A DNA stretch of 64,000 nucleotides. Origin: an uncultured Flavobacteriaceae bacterium. Its GTDB lineage: Bacteria; Bacteroidota; Bacteroidia; Flavobacteriales; Flavobacteriaceae. The notes under the pieces were generated by a model. That model did not search any database. It was not told the origin of the DNA and saw only the letters and a program-made list of their open reading frames with translations. Made by a program: the position numbers and the translations under genes. Numbering within the stretch: the first letter of the stretch is position 1; every line of letters begins with the position of its first letter. The stretch spans positions 46,198 through 110,197 of the forward strand of contig CALZKX010000218.1 in assembly GCA_945788155.1 (NCBI GenBank), written 5' to 3'. Below, piece after piece: positions 28,586-37,952 of the stretch.

Positions 28586-29440
28586 TTATTCATCGGAATC
28601 TTTGAAACGTCTTATTAGCATTTCAGTTAACTTGTCCAAGAATTTTGTTTTACTACATTTTCGCGCTCTAATTTCTATAAATGTGTGATAGTAATTCCCA
28701 AGATCAATATTAAATATCTGTTCAAACATGGAAGCCAATTCCTTGATGTCAGCAGTACCGCTATTAATTACGCCACTGCTGTGAAGTGCATAGATCAATT
28801 CAGTTAATTCTGTTTTGCTTCCCGTCCAGAAAAGCTTTGAAGATGATTGCTTCATGGTTCTAATTTTAGTATCTGTGTTGGTCTGTAATTTTTCTATCTC
28901 TTGCTGTAAATAAACAATTAGCATGTCGTAAGCCATGATTGTAGCAACCGTAGTATCTTGACATGTAGAAAATTGTTCGTCTATATAAAAATGGAAGGAT
29001 TCGGTGGGCAATCGTAAATCGGATTTACCTCTAATAAAATATTCTTCATCTAATGTAGTTGCGCCTCTACGGTAGTAATGATAGAATTCTAAATTATCAT
29101 TGAAGAATACCTGCAACTTGTTGATGTGATTGTTTAAGTATTTTATTTGAAATTTAGAGCTGCTTCTAGGGCGTTTACTCTCAATATTAAATAGCCTTAC
29201 ATAGTAGATGAGTTTACTGAAAATTTGTGGTTTAATATGCTTGAAGAAGCTGATTTCTTCATTTTTTGAGTCAAACCCTTTTTCAATGACTTTTTTTCGA
29301 AGTTGTTTAATACATTTTTCGGTTTTAGTAATGCCATGTTCCGCTTTATATAGAATATCATCAGTGCGGGATTCCAAAGATTCCAGCTTTGTTTCAAATT
29401 CTGATATCAATTCTTGGTAACTCATGCCTATATAAAGCAA
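28586..29440 (-). CDS. rteC: RteC-domain regulator
   Basis: EISFFKHIKP, WTGSKTELTELIYAL, FLDKL motifs. Confidence 0.88.
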   Translation of the reverse strand: MLYIGMSYQELISEFETKLESLESRTDDILYKAEHGITKTEKCIKQLRKKVIEKGFDSKNEEISFFKHIKPQIFSKLIYYVRLFNIESKRPRSSSKFQIKYLNNHINKLQVFFNDNLEFYHYYRRGATTLDEEYFIRGKSDLRLPTESFHFYIDEQFSTCQDTTVATIMAYDMLIVYLQQEIEKLQTNTDTKIRTMKQSSSKLFWTGSKTELTELIYALHSSGVINSGTADIKELASMFEQIFNIDLGNYYHTFIEIRARKCSKTKFLDKLTEMLIRRFKDSDE

Positions 29441-29454
29441 TATGTTTCATTTTA

Positions 29455-31857
29455 CTATCGAGATTCTAGTATGCCCATAAGTTCCAAGGTGTAATTATCA
29501 GAAGTTTGGATGTACGCATACTTTTCTTCGACAATAGCACCAAGTTTTCTTTTTTCAAAAGATGCAGTCATTCCCAAATCAATATGTTGAAATTTCAAAT
29601 GAATAGCTCTTTTGATGGTTTGATATAACAATTGTCTGTAGGTATGGTAGATTTTAAGATAGTCATAGTCAATTCCGACTAAAGAAGGCACATAGGTCTG
29701 ATTGTTGTTTTTATAGCAGAACATGACACCAATAATTTTTTTCGGATCTTTAGGGTTCCAAATGATTATGAATTCCCAATTTGGATGTTGAGACATATTT
29801 TTAAATAACTTTACTGGATATGAAAAGGTGTTCAATCCTAAATTATTTTGGCGCACGTTTTTGTACAATCCTTGAACTTGGATTAATTGGGTCTTGTTAA
29901 GTTTCTTAAGGATTGATACATTTAAAGAGGGTTCGTGAGCCAAAATATCCTTTCTTAAATGTTTTTTGCTTCTTGATGAAAGTCTGGATGTGTATTGTTG
30001 AATAGATTCGTTGTCTTTTAAATGGATTTTGCAAGAGTTGGGCATTTGAATCCTAACAAACCCTTGCCCTTGAAAATAACTATGCAGCTTATTATCTTCA
30101 TTAAAATCACGTAATACGACCATTTTGGAATTTGAACTTTGTTCTAACTTTTCCAAAGATTGCATAAGCTTATTTAATGCATCATTCTTTAGTGGATGTT
30201 TATCATCTACATAAAGATGATTTCCCTCGGTAAATAGACATCCTAAGCTTAATACCTTTGATGTCATATAATATGGGTCTGCTTTTCGCTCTTCTTCAAT
30301 AGTTTTAGAAGCAGTAACATTTGCTAGCATATCATCTTTCCATAAGGATGAGGATACTAAAGCCGCCAAAACTGGATTGCTTTGTTGATCGAAAATCATT
30401 AAATACCAAAATTCCCAATTGTTTTCTTTCAACTCATTATTGCTGAATGTTTGTTCCAGAAATTTAAGTCCATCCCAATCATGAACACCATAATTTCCAA
30501 CTAACTCATTCCAAATGTGCTTGTCTATTTTTGAAATAGTATTTTCTAACTGTATGCTAAGGTTTTCACTGGATGTTTTTTCAGATTCCGATTTAGTTTC
30601 CAATTTGAATGCTTGGTAAACACGGCGTAAGTTTGTATGTGTTTCTTCAATAGCTTTTGGTAAGTGATAGGTCATGGCATCGACTAGAGCTTTTATTTCT
30701 TGATGCTGATTATGTCTGGATATCGTAATTCTCACCCCTGTATTTTTTACTGGCACAGCTGGAAAAAGTCCTAGATTTACATAAAACCCTTCTTTCATTA
30801 AACGATTTACAAAATTATAACCGGTTTTTGGCATTCCTGTTCCTATGAAGAATACTGGTGAGATATTTTTATCAATTAGAGGTAACTCTGTTTGCTCTAA
30901 CAATTCATTGAAATACTGAACTCGTTCTTTTAAATCATTTTGAAGTTCATAGATTTCTGGAGTTAAATGAATTTTAGCAGAAGCTGTTGCCGCTGCAACG
31001 GAAGCAGGCTCAAGCTGTGCTGAGAACGTTAAAGGACCTCCGAAAGTTTTAATTTCTTGATACATTTTTTTATTAGAACATACTAGCACAGATCCGCTAG
31101 CTCCAAATGTTTTACTTAATGTTCCAAACAGAAGCATGTTTTCTGACAGTTCATCTAATTCATTCATCACATAACCAGTGCCATTCTTGCCAATCCAACT
31201 CATTCCGTGTACATCGTCAAAATATAGATGTAGTTGAGGATATTTTAGGCTTAGAGCTTTTAAATCCTTTATAGGAGCAAAATCACCATACATGGAATAG
31301 ATACCATCAGCCATATACCAAATTCTATTTCTAGTATTGGTATAAGACTTTATTTTGTCTTCCAACATATTTAAGTCATTATGTCGAATCATATCAATGG
31401 GAACACTTCTTGTTTTTAAAACTTTGGCGGCACTTTGAACACTCCAATGCACTTGATGGTCTAGAATAATAGCATCTTGATCTTTCACAGCGCTTGGAAT
31501 GACACCCAAGTGGCCTAAAGTGCTATTCTTTGTGATGACAACAGGGTTTTGATACATCTCAGAAACCTTTTCCTCCAGTTGCTTGTAAAGAGGATTGGAA
31601 ATGTACGATTTCGATAGCGGGAATTGAGTACCATATCTGGTAATGGCACTTATAGCAGCTTCTTTTAAACGAGAGTCCTGTTCCAGACCTAAATATCCAG
31701 TAGTGCCAAAATGAAAGAGTTTTCTGTTCTTTACGCCAATAGTTCTTCCAGAAAAGTTTTCGCCTTCAGCGTATAGATGGAGTACGCCTTCATCTATTGC
31801 GTCAGTAAACACATCATTTACTGTATCTAAAAAATTGTTGTGTTTGATTTTTGCCAT
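29455..31857 (-). CDS. Bifunctional PLP-dependent alpha-oxoamine-synthase-like enzyme fused to GNAT domain
   Basis: GYLGL, H.S, DGIYSMYGD, DDVHG, TLSKTFG (PLP Lys); C-terminal GNAT-like region (DLGMTASFEKRKLGA); start MAKIKHNN preferred. Confidence 0.85.
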   Translation of the reverse strand: MAKIKHNNFLDTVNDVFTDAIDEGVLHLYAEGENFSGRTIGVKNRKLFHFGTTGYLGLEQDSRLKEAAISAITRYGTQFPLSKSYISNPLYKQLEEKVSEMYQNPVVITKNSTLGHLGVIPSAVKDQDAIILDHQVHWSVQSAAKVLKTRSVPIDMIRHNDLNMLEDKIKSYTNTRNRIWYMADGIYSMYGDFAPIKDLKALSLKYPQLHLYFDDVHGMSWIGKNGTGYVMNELDELSENMLLFGTLSKTFGASGSVLVCSNKKMYQEIKTFGGPLTFSAQLEPASVAAATASAKIHLTPEIYELQNDLKERVQYFNELLEQTELPLIDKNISPVFFIGTGMPKTGYNFVNRLMKEGFYVNLGLFPAVPVKNTGVRITISRHNQHQEIKALVDAMTYHLPKAIEETHTNLRRVYQAFKLETKSESEKTSSENLSIQLENTISKIDKHIWNELVGNYGVHDWDGLKFLEQTFSNNELKENNWEFWYLMIFDQQSNPVLAALVSSSLWKDDMLANVTASKTIEEERKADPYYMTSKVLSLGCLFTEGNHLYVDDKHPLKNDALNKLMQSLEKLEQSSNSKMVVLRDFNEDNKLHSYFQGQGFVRIQMPNSCKIHLKDNESIQQYTSRLSSRSKKHLRKDILAHEPSLNVSILKKLNKTQLIQVQGLYKNVRQNNLGLNTFSYPVKLFKNMSQHPNWEFIIIWNPKDPKKIIGVMFCYKNNNQTYVPSLVGIDYDYLKIYHTYRQLLYQTIKRAIHLKFQHIDLGMTASFEKRKLGAIVEEKYAYIQTSDNYTLELMGILESR

Positions 31858-31923
31858 CCTAATGAGTTTTGTGAATTTTAATTTAATATCTTTCATGGGA
31901 GATTAAAAAATTATACTTATCTA

Positions 31924-31971
31924 TAATCCCTTAGAAGCAAGTGTTAATCCTTTGTAGTCAAAGAATAATCC
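31924..31971. promoter_or_regulatory. Three TAATCC direct repeats at exact 21-bp period
   Basis: TAATCC at 31924, 31945 and 31966 in the divergent intergenic region. Confidence 0.55.
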
Positions 31972-32062
31972 ATATTGGCTAATGTTAATTGAAATAAGTG
32001 TAACTGTTGTGTTGATTATTTTGTAAATTTATTAATAGTAATTAACCAGTTTTCTTATCATT

Positions 32063-32437
32063 ATGTCAATACCTCTTGAAAACGCATATGCGACCTACAA
32101 ACTAGAGAATGGAATATTATATGTGGTGTATAGTAAAGACGTGATTTTAGATTTACCAGCAGCTGTTTATATAGTAAAGGATAGACTTTCCATGCATGAA
32201 GGGCGTTTTTTACCAGTATTATGTGATATTCGTCAAATAAAAGAAATAAACAAAGCTGCGAGGGCATATTTATCTATTGAAGGCTCGATTTTGATTAAAG
32301 CGGTCGCTTTTATTGTAGACTCTCCTGTATCTGAAATGTTATCAGAATTCTACTTACGAACAAGTAAACCCCCAATCCCAACAGAGTCTTTTAATACTAT
32401 GGAAGAAGCATTAAAGTTTTTAAATAAATTCAAATAA
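32063..32437 (+). CDS. STAS/SpoIIAA-like small protein
   Basis: PVLCDIR...AAR, KAVAFIV, F...EEALKFL pattern. Confidence 0.65.
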   Translation: MSIPLENAYATYKLENGILYVVYSKDVILDLPAAVYIVKDRLSMHEGRFLPVLCDIRQIKEINKAARAYLSIEGSILIKAVAFIVDSPVSEMLSEFYLRTSKPPIPTESFNTMEEALKFLNKFK

Positions 32438-32505
32438 TCTATTCCATTATAGGTGATAAAGACATTAGTTTTTTATGGATTAAAACGAATAAAAATTAAT
32501 TCAAA

Positions 32506-33489
32506 ATGGATGATGAGTTACAGCAAAGAATGCAGGTTATTAATGAGATGCTATTGGAAATGGCTTCTGGAAATTTCTTTTATCGTATAAAGCGCTCTCC
32601 AAAGAACGATAATATTGAGGCCCTTGTTGTAACATTAAATATGTTGGCAGAGGAAATACAGGATACTATTATTCATCAGGGTTACGCAAATACAAATAAA
32701 ACCATTCTTGATATTGTACAAATGAGCTTTGTTCTTGATGCAAAAGGGTGTATTAGAATGGTTAACCAGAAAACCTGCAATATACTATCTAGTCTCTATG
32801 ATGATATTGTTGGAAAATCTTTTGAAAGTTTCTTGTCCCAAGCGTCCATACCCAAGTGGAAAGCTAAATGGAATAGAATTAAAGAAAAAGAAATTTTTGA
32901 TACTTCTATAAATTTAAAATTCAAATCCAAAGGGGATCTAATTATTCCTAAAATAGCTTACCTCACAACATTTAATTATAGTGATATTAAAGATAAATGG
33001 ACACTGATAACAATCATTCATCATTCTAATTTTCAAAATCAGTTAGATTCTGACTTGAAAAACAGGGTCGTCAAACAAGCTAAAAAGAATGAAGAAATCT
33101 CTTCGAAAAGCACAAATAAAATTTCAAAACCAAAGTTGAGGTTAAGTTTTGAGGATATACGTAAAATAAGAGAAGGACACGATATTATAATCAATAATTT
33201 AGAAAGAGATTTTCCTTCCCTTAAGGATTTTGCTCTACAAATAGGAACAAATGAATTTAAATTGAAATACGGTTTTAAAGAACTGTATGGAACTACTGTC
33301 CATCGTTTTTTAATGCAGGAACGTCTGCGAAAAGCTCAAATGATGATTCAATATAGCGATGTGTCTCTTAAATTAATCGCATATATGGTCGGGTTCAAAA
33401 GCATGCCTCATTTCTCTAGATCATTCAAGAAACGATATGGATATTCTCCAAGCGCTCTTCGAAAGAATTCTATAACTAACAATAGTTGA
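32506..33489 (+). CDS. AraC-family regulator with HAMP-like and PAS domains
   Basis: FVLDAKG.IRMVN PAS start; C-terminal IAYMVGFKS..HFSRSFKKRYGYSP. Confidence 0.88.
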   Translation: MDDELQQRMQVINEMLLEMASGNFFYRIKRSPKNDNIEALVVTLNMLAEEIQDTIIHQGYANTNKTILDIVQMSFVLDAKGCIRMVNQKTCNILSSLYDDIVGKSFESFLSQASIPKWKAKWNRIKEKEIFDTSINLKFKSKGDLIIPKIAYLTTFNYSDIKDKWTLITIIHHSNFQNQLDSDLKNRVVKQAKKNEEISSKSTNKISKPKLRLSFEDIRKIREGHDIIINNLERDFPSLKDFALQIGTNEFKLKYGFKELYGTTVHRFLMQERLRKAQMMIQYSDVSLKLIAYMVGFKSMPHFSRSFKKRYGYSPSALRKNSITNNS

Positions 33490-33584
33490 ATTTCCCAATC
33501 ATTTCATTTAATCCTTTTTAGATAAGAGGTTAAACTTTTAAATCAAAATTTACTTAGGAACTTTATCATATCAAGTTAAAAGAT

Positions 33585-34031
33585 ATGAAAGCAACTAGAT
33601 TGACATACCAATACATACCAAATATATGTATTGTTCTTTATATAATATTATTTGTGTATGCTGCCACAAGTAAGTTTCTTGACTTTTATAATTTCAAAGT
33701 TCAACTTGGACAGTCACCTGTCCTTACTGCTTATGCCGATTGGGTGTCTTGGGGGATTCCCTTACTCGAATTGACTATTGCTGGACTATTTTTATTTCCC
33801 AAATATGTGCTTTTAGCTTTTTATGCTAGCTATTCATTAATGATAATGTTTACGACTTATATTATCGTAATCTTGAATTTTAGCGATTTCATTCCATGCT
33901 CTTGTGGAGGTGTACTAGAGAAATTGAGTTGGACAGATCACATAATATTCAATGTTATTTTTATTGCTATTGCAGTTGTTGGTGTTAAGTTTTCTGAGAA
34001 TCAATTGAATTCAAAATTTGGAAATTTATGA
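33585..34031 (+). CDS. MauE/DoxX family redox-associated membrane protein
   Basis: LFVYAATSK, PCSCGG, four TM helices. Confidence 0.85.
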   Translation: MKATRLTYQYIPNICIVLYIILFVYAATSKFLDFYNFKVQLGQSPVLTAYADWVSWGIPLLELTIAGLFLFPKYVLLAFYASYSLMIMFTTYIIVILNFSDFIPCSCGGVLEKLSWTDHIIFNVIFIAIAVVGVKFSENQLNSKFGNL

Positions 34032-35125
34032 AAATCAAAACTCTATTTATATTATTAATACTTGCAGTATCCAGTATCACTGTCGTTGTGGTTTTATTTC
34101 TACTATCCGAACATGAAGTACATCGTAATAATGCGTTTGTCAGAAGATATCCACATCATCCAATTACAAAAAAATATGACCTACCTATTAAGTATAATTC
34201 CTATTATGTTTCTGGATTTGATAATGACATATTGTATTTAGGGAATAACACTGCACCATTACACCTCTTGGAAGTAAATCTAAAAACAAAGGACACCAAC
34301 CATATACAGATTAGAATGAAAAGTAAAGATTTGACCTTTCAATCATTAAAGGTCAAGATGCAGCCTCCGTATTTTTTTATAATGGATGGAAGTGTTCCAT
34401 GTATATTTCGTGGAAAAATTGGTGATTGGAATGCTCATCTTTGGATGAAAGATAAAGCTTACTTCAACCAAGCTATGCCAGTTGACAGTAATAAGATATA
34501 TATAAATACAATTAGTAGTAAAACCCAAATGACCACTCTTGGGCTCATTGAAAGACAAGAAAATGAAAATATAAATATTGTCCTAAATACTGACATTCTT
34601 GAAAAGCAAATCGACGGGGTGTTTGATGTTGATGGAATCATGACTATTTCTCCGAATACAGGAACACTTGGATACGTCTATTTTTACCGCAATCAATTCA
34701 TGGTGATGGATTCCAACCTTAAACTGATTGAAAGACAGCATACTATTGATACCGTTCAAAGGGTGCAAATAAAAGTAGCAAACTTGAATGATAATCAAAT
34801 ATCAAAGATGAAAGCTCCTCCAATGATAGTTAATAAAATGGCATTTATGTATAATGATTTACTTCTAATTAACTCAGATAGATTGGGAAAGTATGAAGAC
34901 GAAGATATGTTAAAGGAAGCCTCAATAATCGATGTGTATAATTGGCAGAAAGAATCTTATGAATTTAGTTTTTATTTCTACCATATAGGTAAGGAAAGTG
35001 TCAAGGAATTTGCAGTATTTAATGATTATTTGATAGGATTGATTGACGACAAATTATCCGTATATGAGATTGGAAAGAAGCAATTCAATCAAGTATCAAT
35101 AAAACAAAAGACAATTAGATTATAA
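34028..35125 (+). CDS. Membrane-anchored beta-rich (propeller-like) hypothetical protein
   Basis: N-terminal TM, beta-strand-rich repeats, DGVFDVDG, YFYRNQF; ATGA overlap with MauE gene. Confidence 0.55.
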   Translation: MKIKTLFILLILAVSSITVVVVLFLLSEHEVHRNNAFVRRYPHHPITKKYDLPIKYNSYYVSGFDNDILYLGNNTAPLHLLEVNLKTKDTNHIQIRMKSKDLTFQSLKVKMQPPYFFIMDGSVPCIFRGKIGDWNAHLWMKDKAYFNQAMPVDSNKIYINTISSKTQMTTLGLIERQENENINIVLNTDILEKQIDGVFDVDGIMTISPNTGTLGYVYFYRNQFMVMDSNLKLIERQHTIDTVQRVQIKVANLNDNQISKMKAPPMIVNKMAFMYNDLLLINSDRLGKYEDEDMLKEASIIDVYNWQKESYEFSFYFYHIGKESVKEFAVFNDYLIGLIDDKLSVYEIGKKQFNQVSIKQKTIRL

Positions 35126-35226
35126 GAATTTAAGAACAGATAATTTCTACTGGCCAGTAGCGGGGGTTGAGATTGAAAACCCGTAAAAAAGAGTAAATCA
35201 CATTTTTTAATTTAATTTATTTTATT

Positions 35227-35505
35227 ATGAAAACTCAAAAATTAAAATTTTTTGTCCCAGTTTTGGCAATAATCTTTGCCATTTCTGCAAGTGCATTTAC
35301 TACTACCGATAATTCGGAAGTAGATGAGAATTTTACCATGATTACAGGTTACACTGTGAATGCTATTCCAGGGCTGCCATGTGATGAAGTTACAGTCGAT
35401 TGTAAAACTTCAGGAACTCAAATATGCACCATCGGTGCAAATAATGATCCAGTTTATAAAATTAAGAATGGAACTTCTTGTGTTAGTCATCTATTTAGAC
35501 TTTAG
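35227..35505 (+). CDS. Small secreted Cys-rich protein (DUF6520-like)
   Basis: Signal peptide ending SAF, four Cys in mature part, next to MauE. Confidence 0.65.
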   Translation: MKTQKLKFFVPVLAIIFAISASAFTTTDNSEVDENFTMITGYTVNAIPGLPCDEVTVDCKTSGTQICTIGANNDPVYKIKNGTSCVSHLFRL

Positions 35506-35618
35506 TTAAAATAAGTTTCACTTTTTATTTTTGGGCTGTCTACAAAGCATCTATGGTTTTGGGAAAAATTGAATTTATGGTATTTAAATATTACCAGATG
35601 TTTCGTCTTTTTTATAGA

Positions 35619-37952
35619 CTACTGTTTTTTAGACAGCCTTTTTATTTCTGTTAAGCAGAAAGTTAAATGAGCTAATGTAATTTTGTCTTCTACCCATTCT
35701 AAACTTACAGTGATATCTTCTTGAAGAGACAACAATTCAGATATTAGCAAGCTTTTAGAAAAGCCATTATAAAAGCCATTACTTTCACTTAATCTAATAT
35801 TGGTATAATTTTTTTCTTGGTTGATTGCTCTAATAAAAATATCTAAATATGCTCTTTGTAGTTCCTGTTTGCGCTGGTTAATTAAGAAAATCTCATTACG
35901 CTGCAATTTATTGAAGAGACCAGTTCTTAGTTTTATTAGTAAACTTCTTATGATTCCTTTATATGTCGAATTATTTTCCATTTCCTCAAGCCTCTTCATT
36001 CTGTAAGGTTCTATTAATTCTGATAATAGTTTCAATTGATATTCCATCAATTTATTGGAGTCTGTTGAATATTGTATTCTGGATGAATATGACGGATTTG
36101 ATAACCACTCTGGAACTTCAAATGCATTCTCAAGCAAGAACTCCAAAGCTTCAACTTGAATGTCATAGGGTATAGGGGTATATACTGCTCCCGATTGAGT
36201 ACCTGATTTATATTGAATAGTATAACCACCAATCAATGATATGACTTGTTTCATCTGATGATACCATAATTCCAAAGTCTTGTTATGTAGTCTTTCCAGA
36301 AACGCATTGTCTTTTTGGTTTTGATTAATCTTTGGCAAAAGCCCTATAACTCTTTTAATGTTTTTTAGGCCAAGTTCCGTGCTTTTTACAGGATCGTTAT
36401 TTTCAACGACCTCGTTTGTACAGCCCGGACCAATTGTTTTAAAATAATCATTATTGTAGCGATACCAAGAAATGCTGTCTTGCAACTGCACTAATTTTTC
36501 TAATTTTAACAGTGCTTCATTTTGGTTTATAATATCATCAAAAATTTGATAACCCCATTTTATTTGATATGCATCTGCGGGGCCTACTTTTTGAATAAGT
36601 AAGGATGGTGGAATACTATCTTCTGGCTGAACTATATAGTTGTGTCTGGCATAACTCATGATACTGGGAGTGTGTCCCATACTTTGCAACCATTTTTTAT
36701 CTCGCATTTTTTCAAAAGGGTAAGCATATTCCCCATAATTTGCGTCTTTAATACCAAAGGCATGTCCAGCTTCGTGGGCTGTCAAAGATTGTAACAGTTC
36801 TCCCATAAGATCATCAGGAAAGGGGTATTGTTGCGCTCGTTTATCTAATGGAGCACATCTAATCAGATAGATGTCCGATAAAGCTTGATAAGAACTTCCT
36901 ATGATTATATCTGATTTTAAAATCTCCCCTGAACGAAAGTCTACAATATTGTTGACCGTAGAACCTCCTTTGTTCTCACTTCCACGTATGTCCGTATAGT
37001 TAGCCCATCGTATTATGGAATAGTTAATACTGTTACTACACCAAGTGGAATCATGTACAGGAGGATCCTTCACTTCAATGGCATTTTTAAATCCCGCAGC
37101 TTCAAAGGCGGGAAGCCACTCCATTATTCCTGCTTTTATATAAGGTTTCCATTTATTTGGCATATCTGGGTCAAAATAAAATACGATAGGTTTGATGGGC
37201 TCGCTTAAGTGCTCATCCTTAATTTTTTTTTCTAAACGCCATCTCATTATACTAGCTTTAGCTGTTTTTGGATAAGCACTTATGATTCCAAACTCATCTT
37301 CATTCTTAAACCCCATGCGGTGATCAAATAATCGAGGTACCATAGGTTCTGGCAGAAGATAGAAGCTAAAATTTACAGCACTGGTTTTTTGATTGTTCTT
37401 GTACGACGTCGTTCTTTTGGTCAAAATTACAGTTTCATTTTCCAAATATTGGACACGGTCAATATAGGATTGATTTAAAAGCACATGCTCTGGAGATTCC
37501 AAATTCCATTTAATAGCTGTATTTAGAAAGAGGTCAGTTACGTCGATATAAAAGCTTTTATTTGAACTTTTATCTTTTAGGATAGGGAATCGACCAATAA
37601 TATTAGCTTCATCATGGTAATCATAATTTAAAGGAATGACAACTCCCGATAAGGATTCTATTTGGGGGATTGTTAAAATGATATGGTCAAGATGTTTAGA
37701 CCAAATCACCTGATGATACCCCACATCATGTCTAACAAAGAGCATTGGTTTTTGCAATGCTTCGACATCTATTTTAAAGAAAAGCCTTTCGCCTTCCAAT
37801 TGGGTTTCAATACTTTTGTTGACCTGCCCCAATACAGGGCAGGTGACTAACAAAATAATCAAATAAAACAAAAGTTTACATCTGAATTTTAATGGGAGTG
37901 CTATTTCAATAAATGATTCACACATATCTTTTTGCTTTTTAGTAACCTTCAT
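35619..37952 (-). CDS. Zinc-dependent metalloprotease (DUF5117/DUF4953-like)
   Basis: RWRLE, W..AFE.AGF, HEAGHAFG, SIMSYAR. Confidence 0.85.
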   Translation of the reverse strand: MKVTKKQKDMCESFIEIALPLKFRCKLLFYLIILLVTCPVLGQVNKSIETQLEGERLFFKIDVEALQKPMLFVRHDVGYHQVIWSKHLDHIILTIPQIESLSGVVIPLNYDYHDEANIIGRFPILKDKSSNKSFYIDVTDLFLNTAIKWNLESPEHVLLNQSYIDRVQYLENETVILTKRTTSYKNNQKTSAVNFSFYLLPEPMVPRLFDHRMGFKNEDEFGIISAYPKTAKASIMRWRLEKKIKDEHLSEPIKPIVFYFDPDMPNKWKPYIKAGIMEWLPAFEAAGFKNAIEVKDPPVHDSTWCSNSINYSIIRWANYTDIRGSENKGGSTVNNIVDFRSGEILKSDIIIGSSYQALSDIYLIRCAPLDKRAQQYPFPDDLMGELLQSLTAHEAGHAFGIKDANYGEYAYPFEKMRDKKWLQSMGHTPSIMSYARHNYIVQPEDSIPPSLLIQKVGPADAYQIKWGYQIFDDIINQNEALLKLEKLVQLQDSISWYRYNNDYFKTIGPGCTNEVVENNDPVKSTELGLKNIKRVIGLLPKINQNQKDNAFLERLHNKTLELWYHQMKQVISLIGGYTIQYKSGTQSGAVYTPIPYDIQVEALEFLLENAFEVPEWLSNPSYSSRIQYSTDSNKLMEYQLKLLSELIEPYRMKRLEEMENNSTYKGIIRSLLIKLRTGLFNKLQRNEIFLINQRKQELQRAYLDIFIRAINQEKNYTNIRLSESNGFYNGFSKSLLISELLSLQEDITVSLEWVEDKITLAHLTFCLTEIKRLSKKQ

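Noticed and set aside
29455-31857. Biotin (bioF) or sphingolipid (spt) biosynthesis gene
   Set aside because: GNAT fusion, no bio or lipid pathway neighbours, and coupling to rteC argue against a simple assignment
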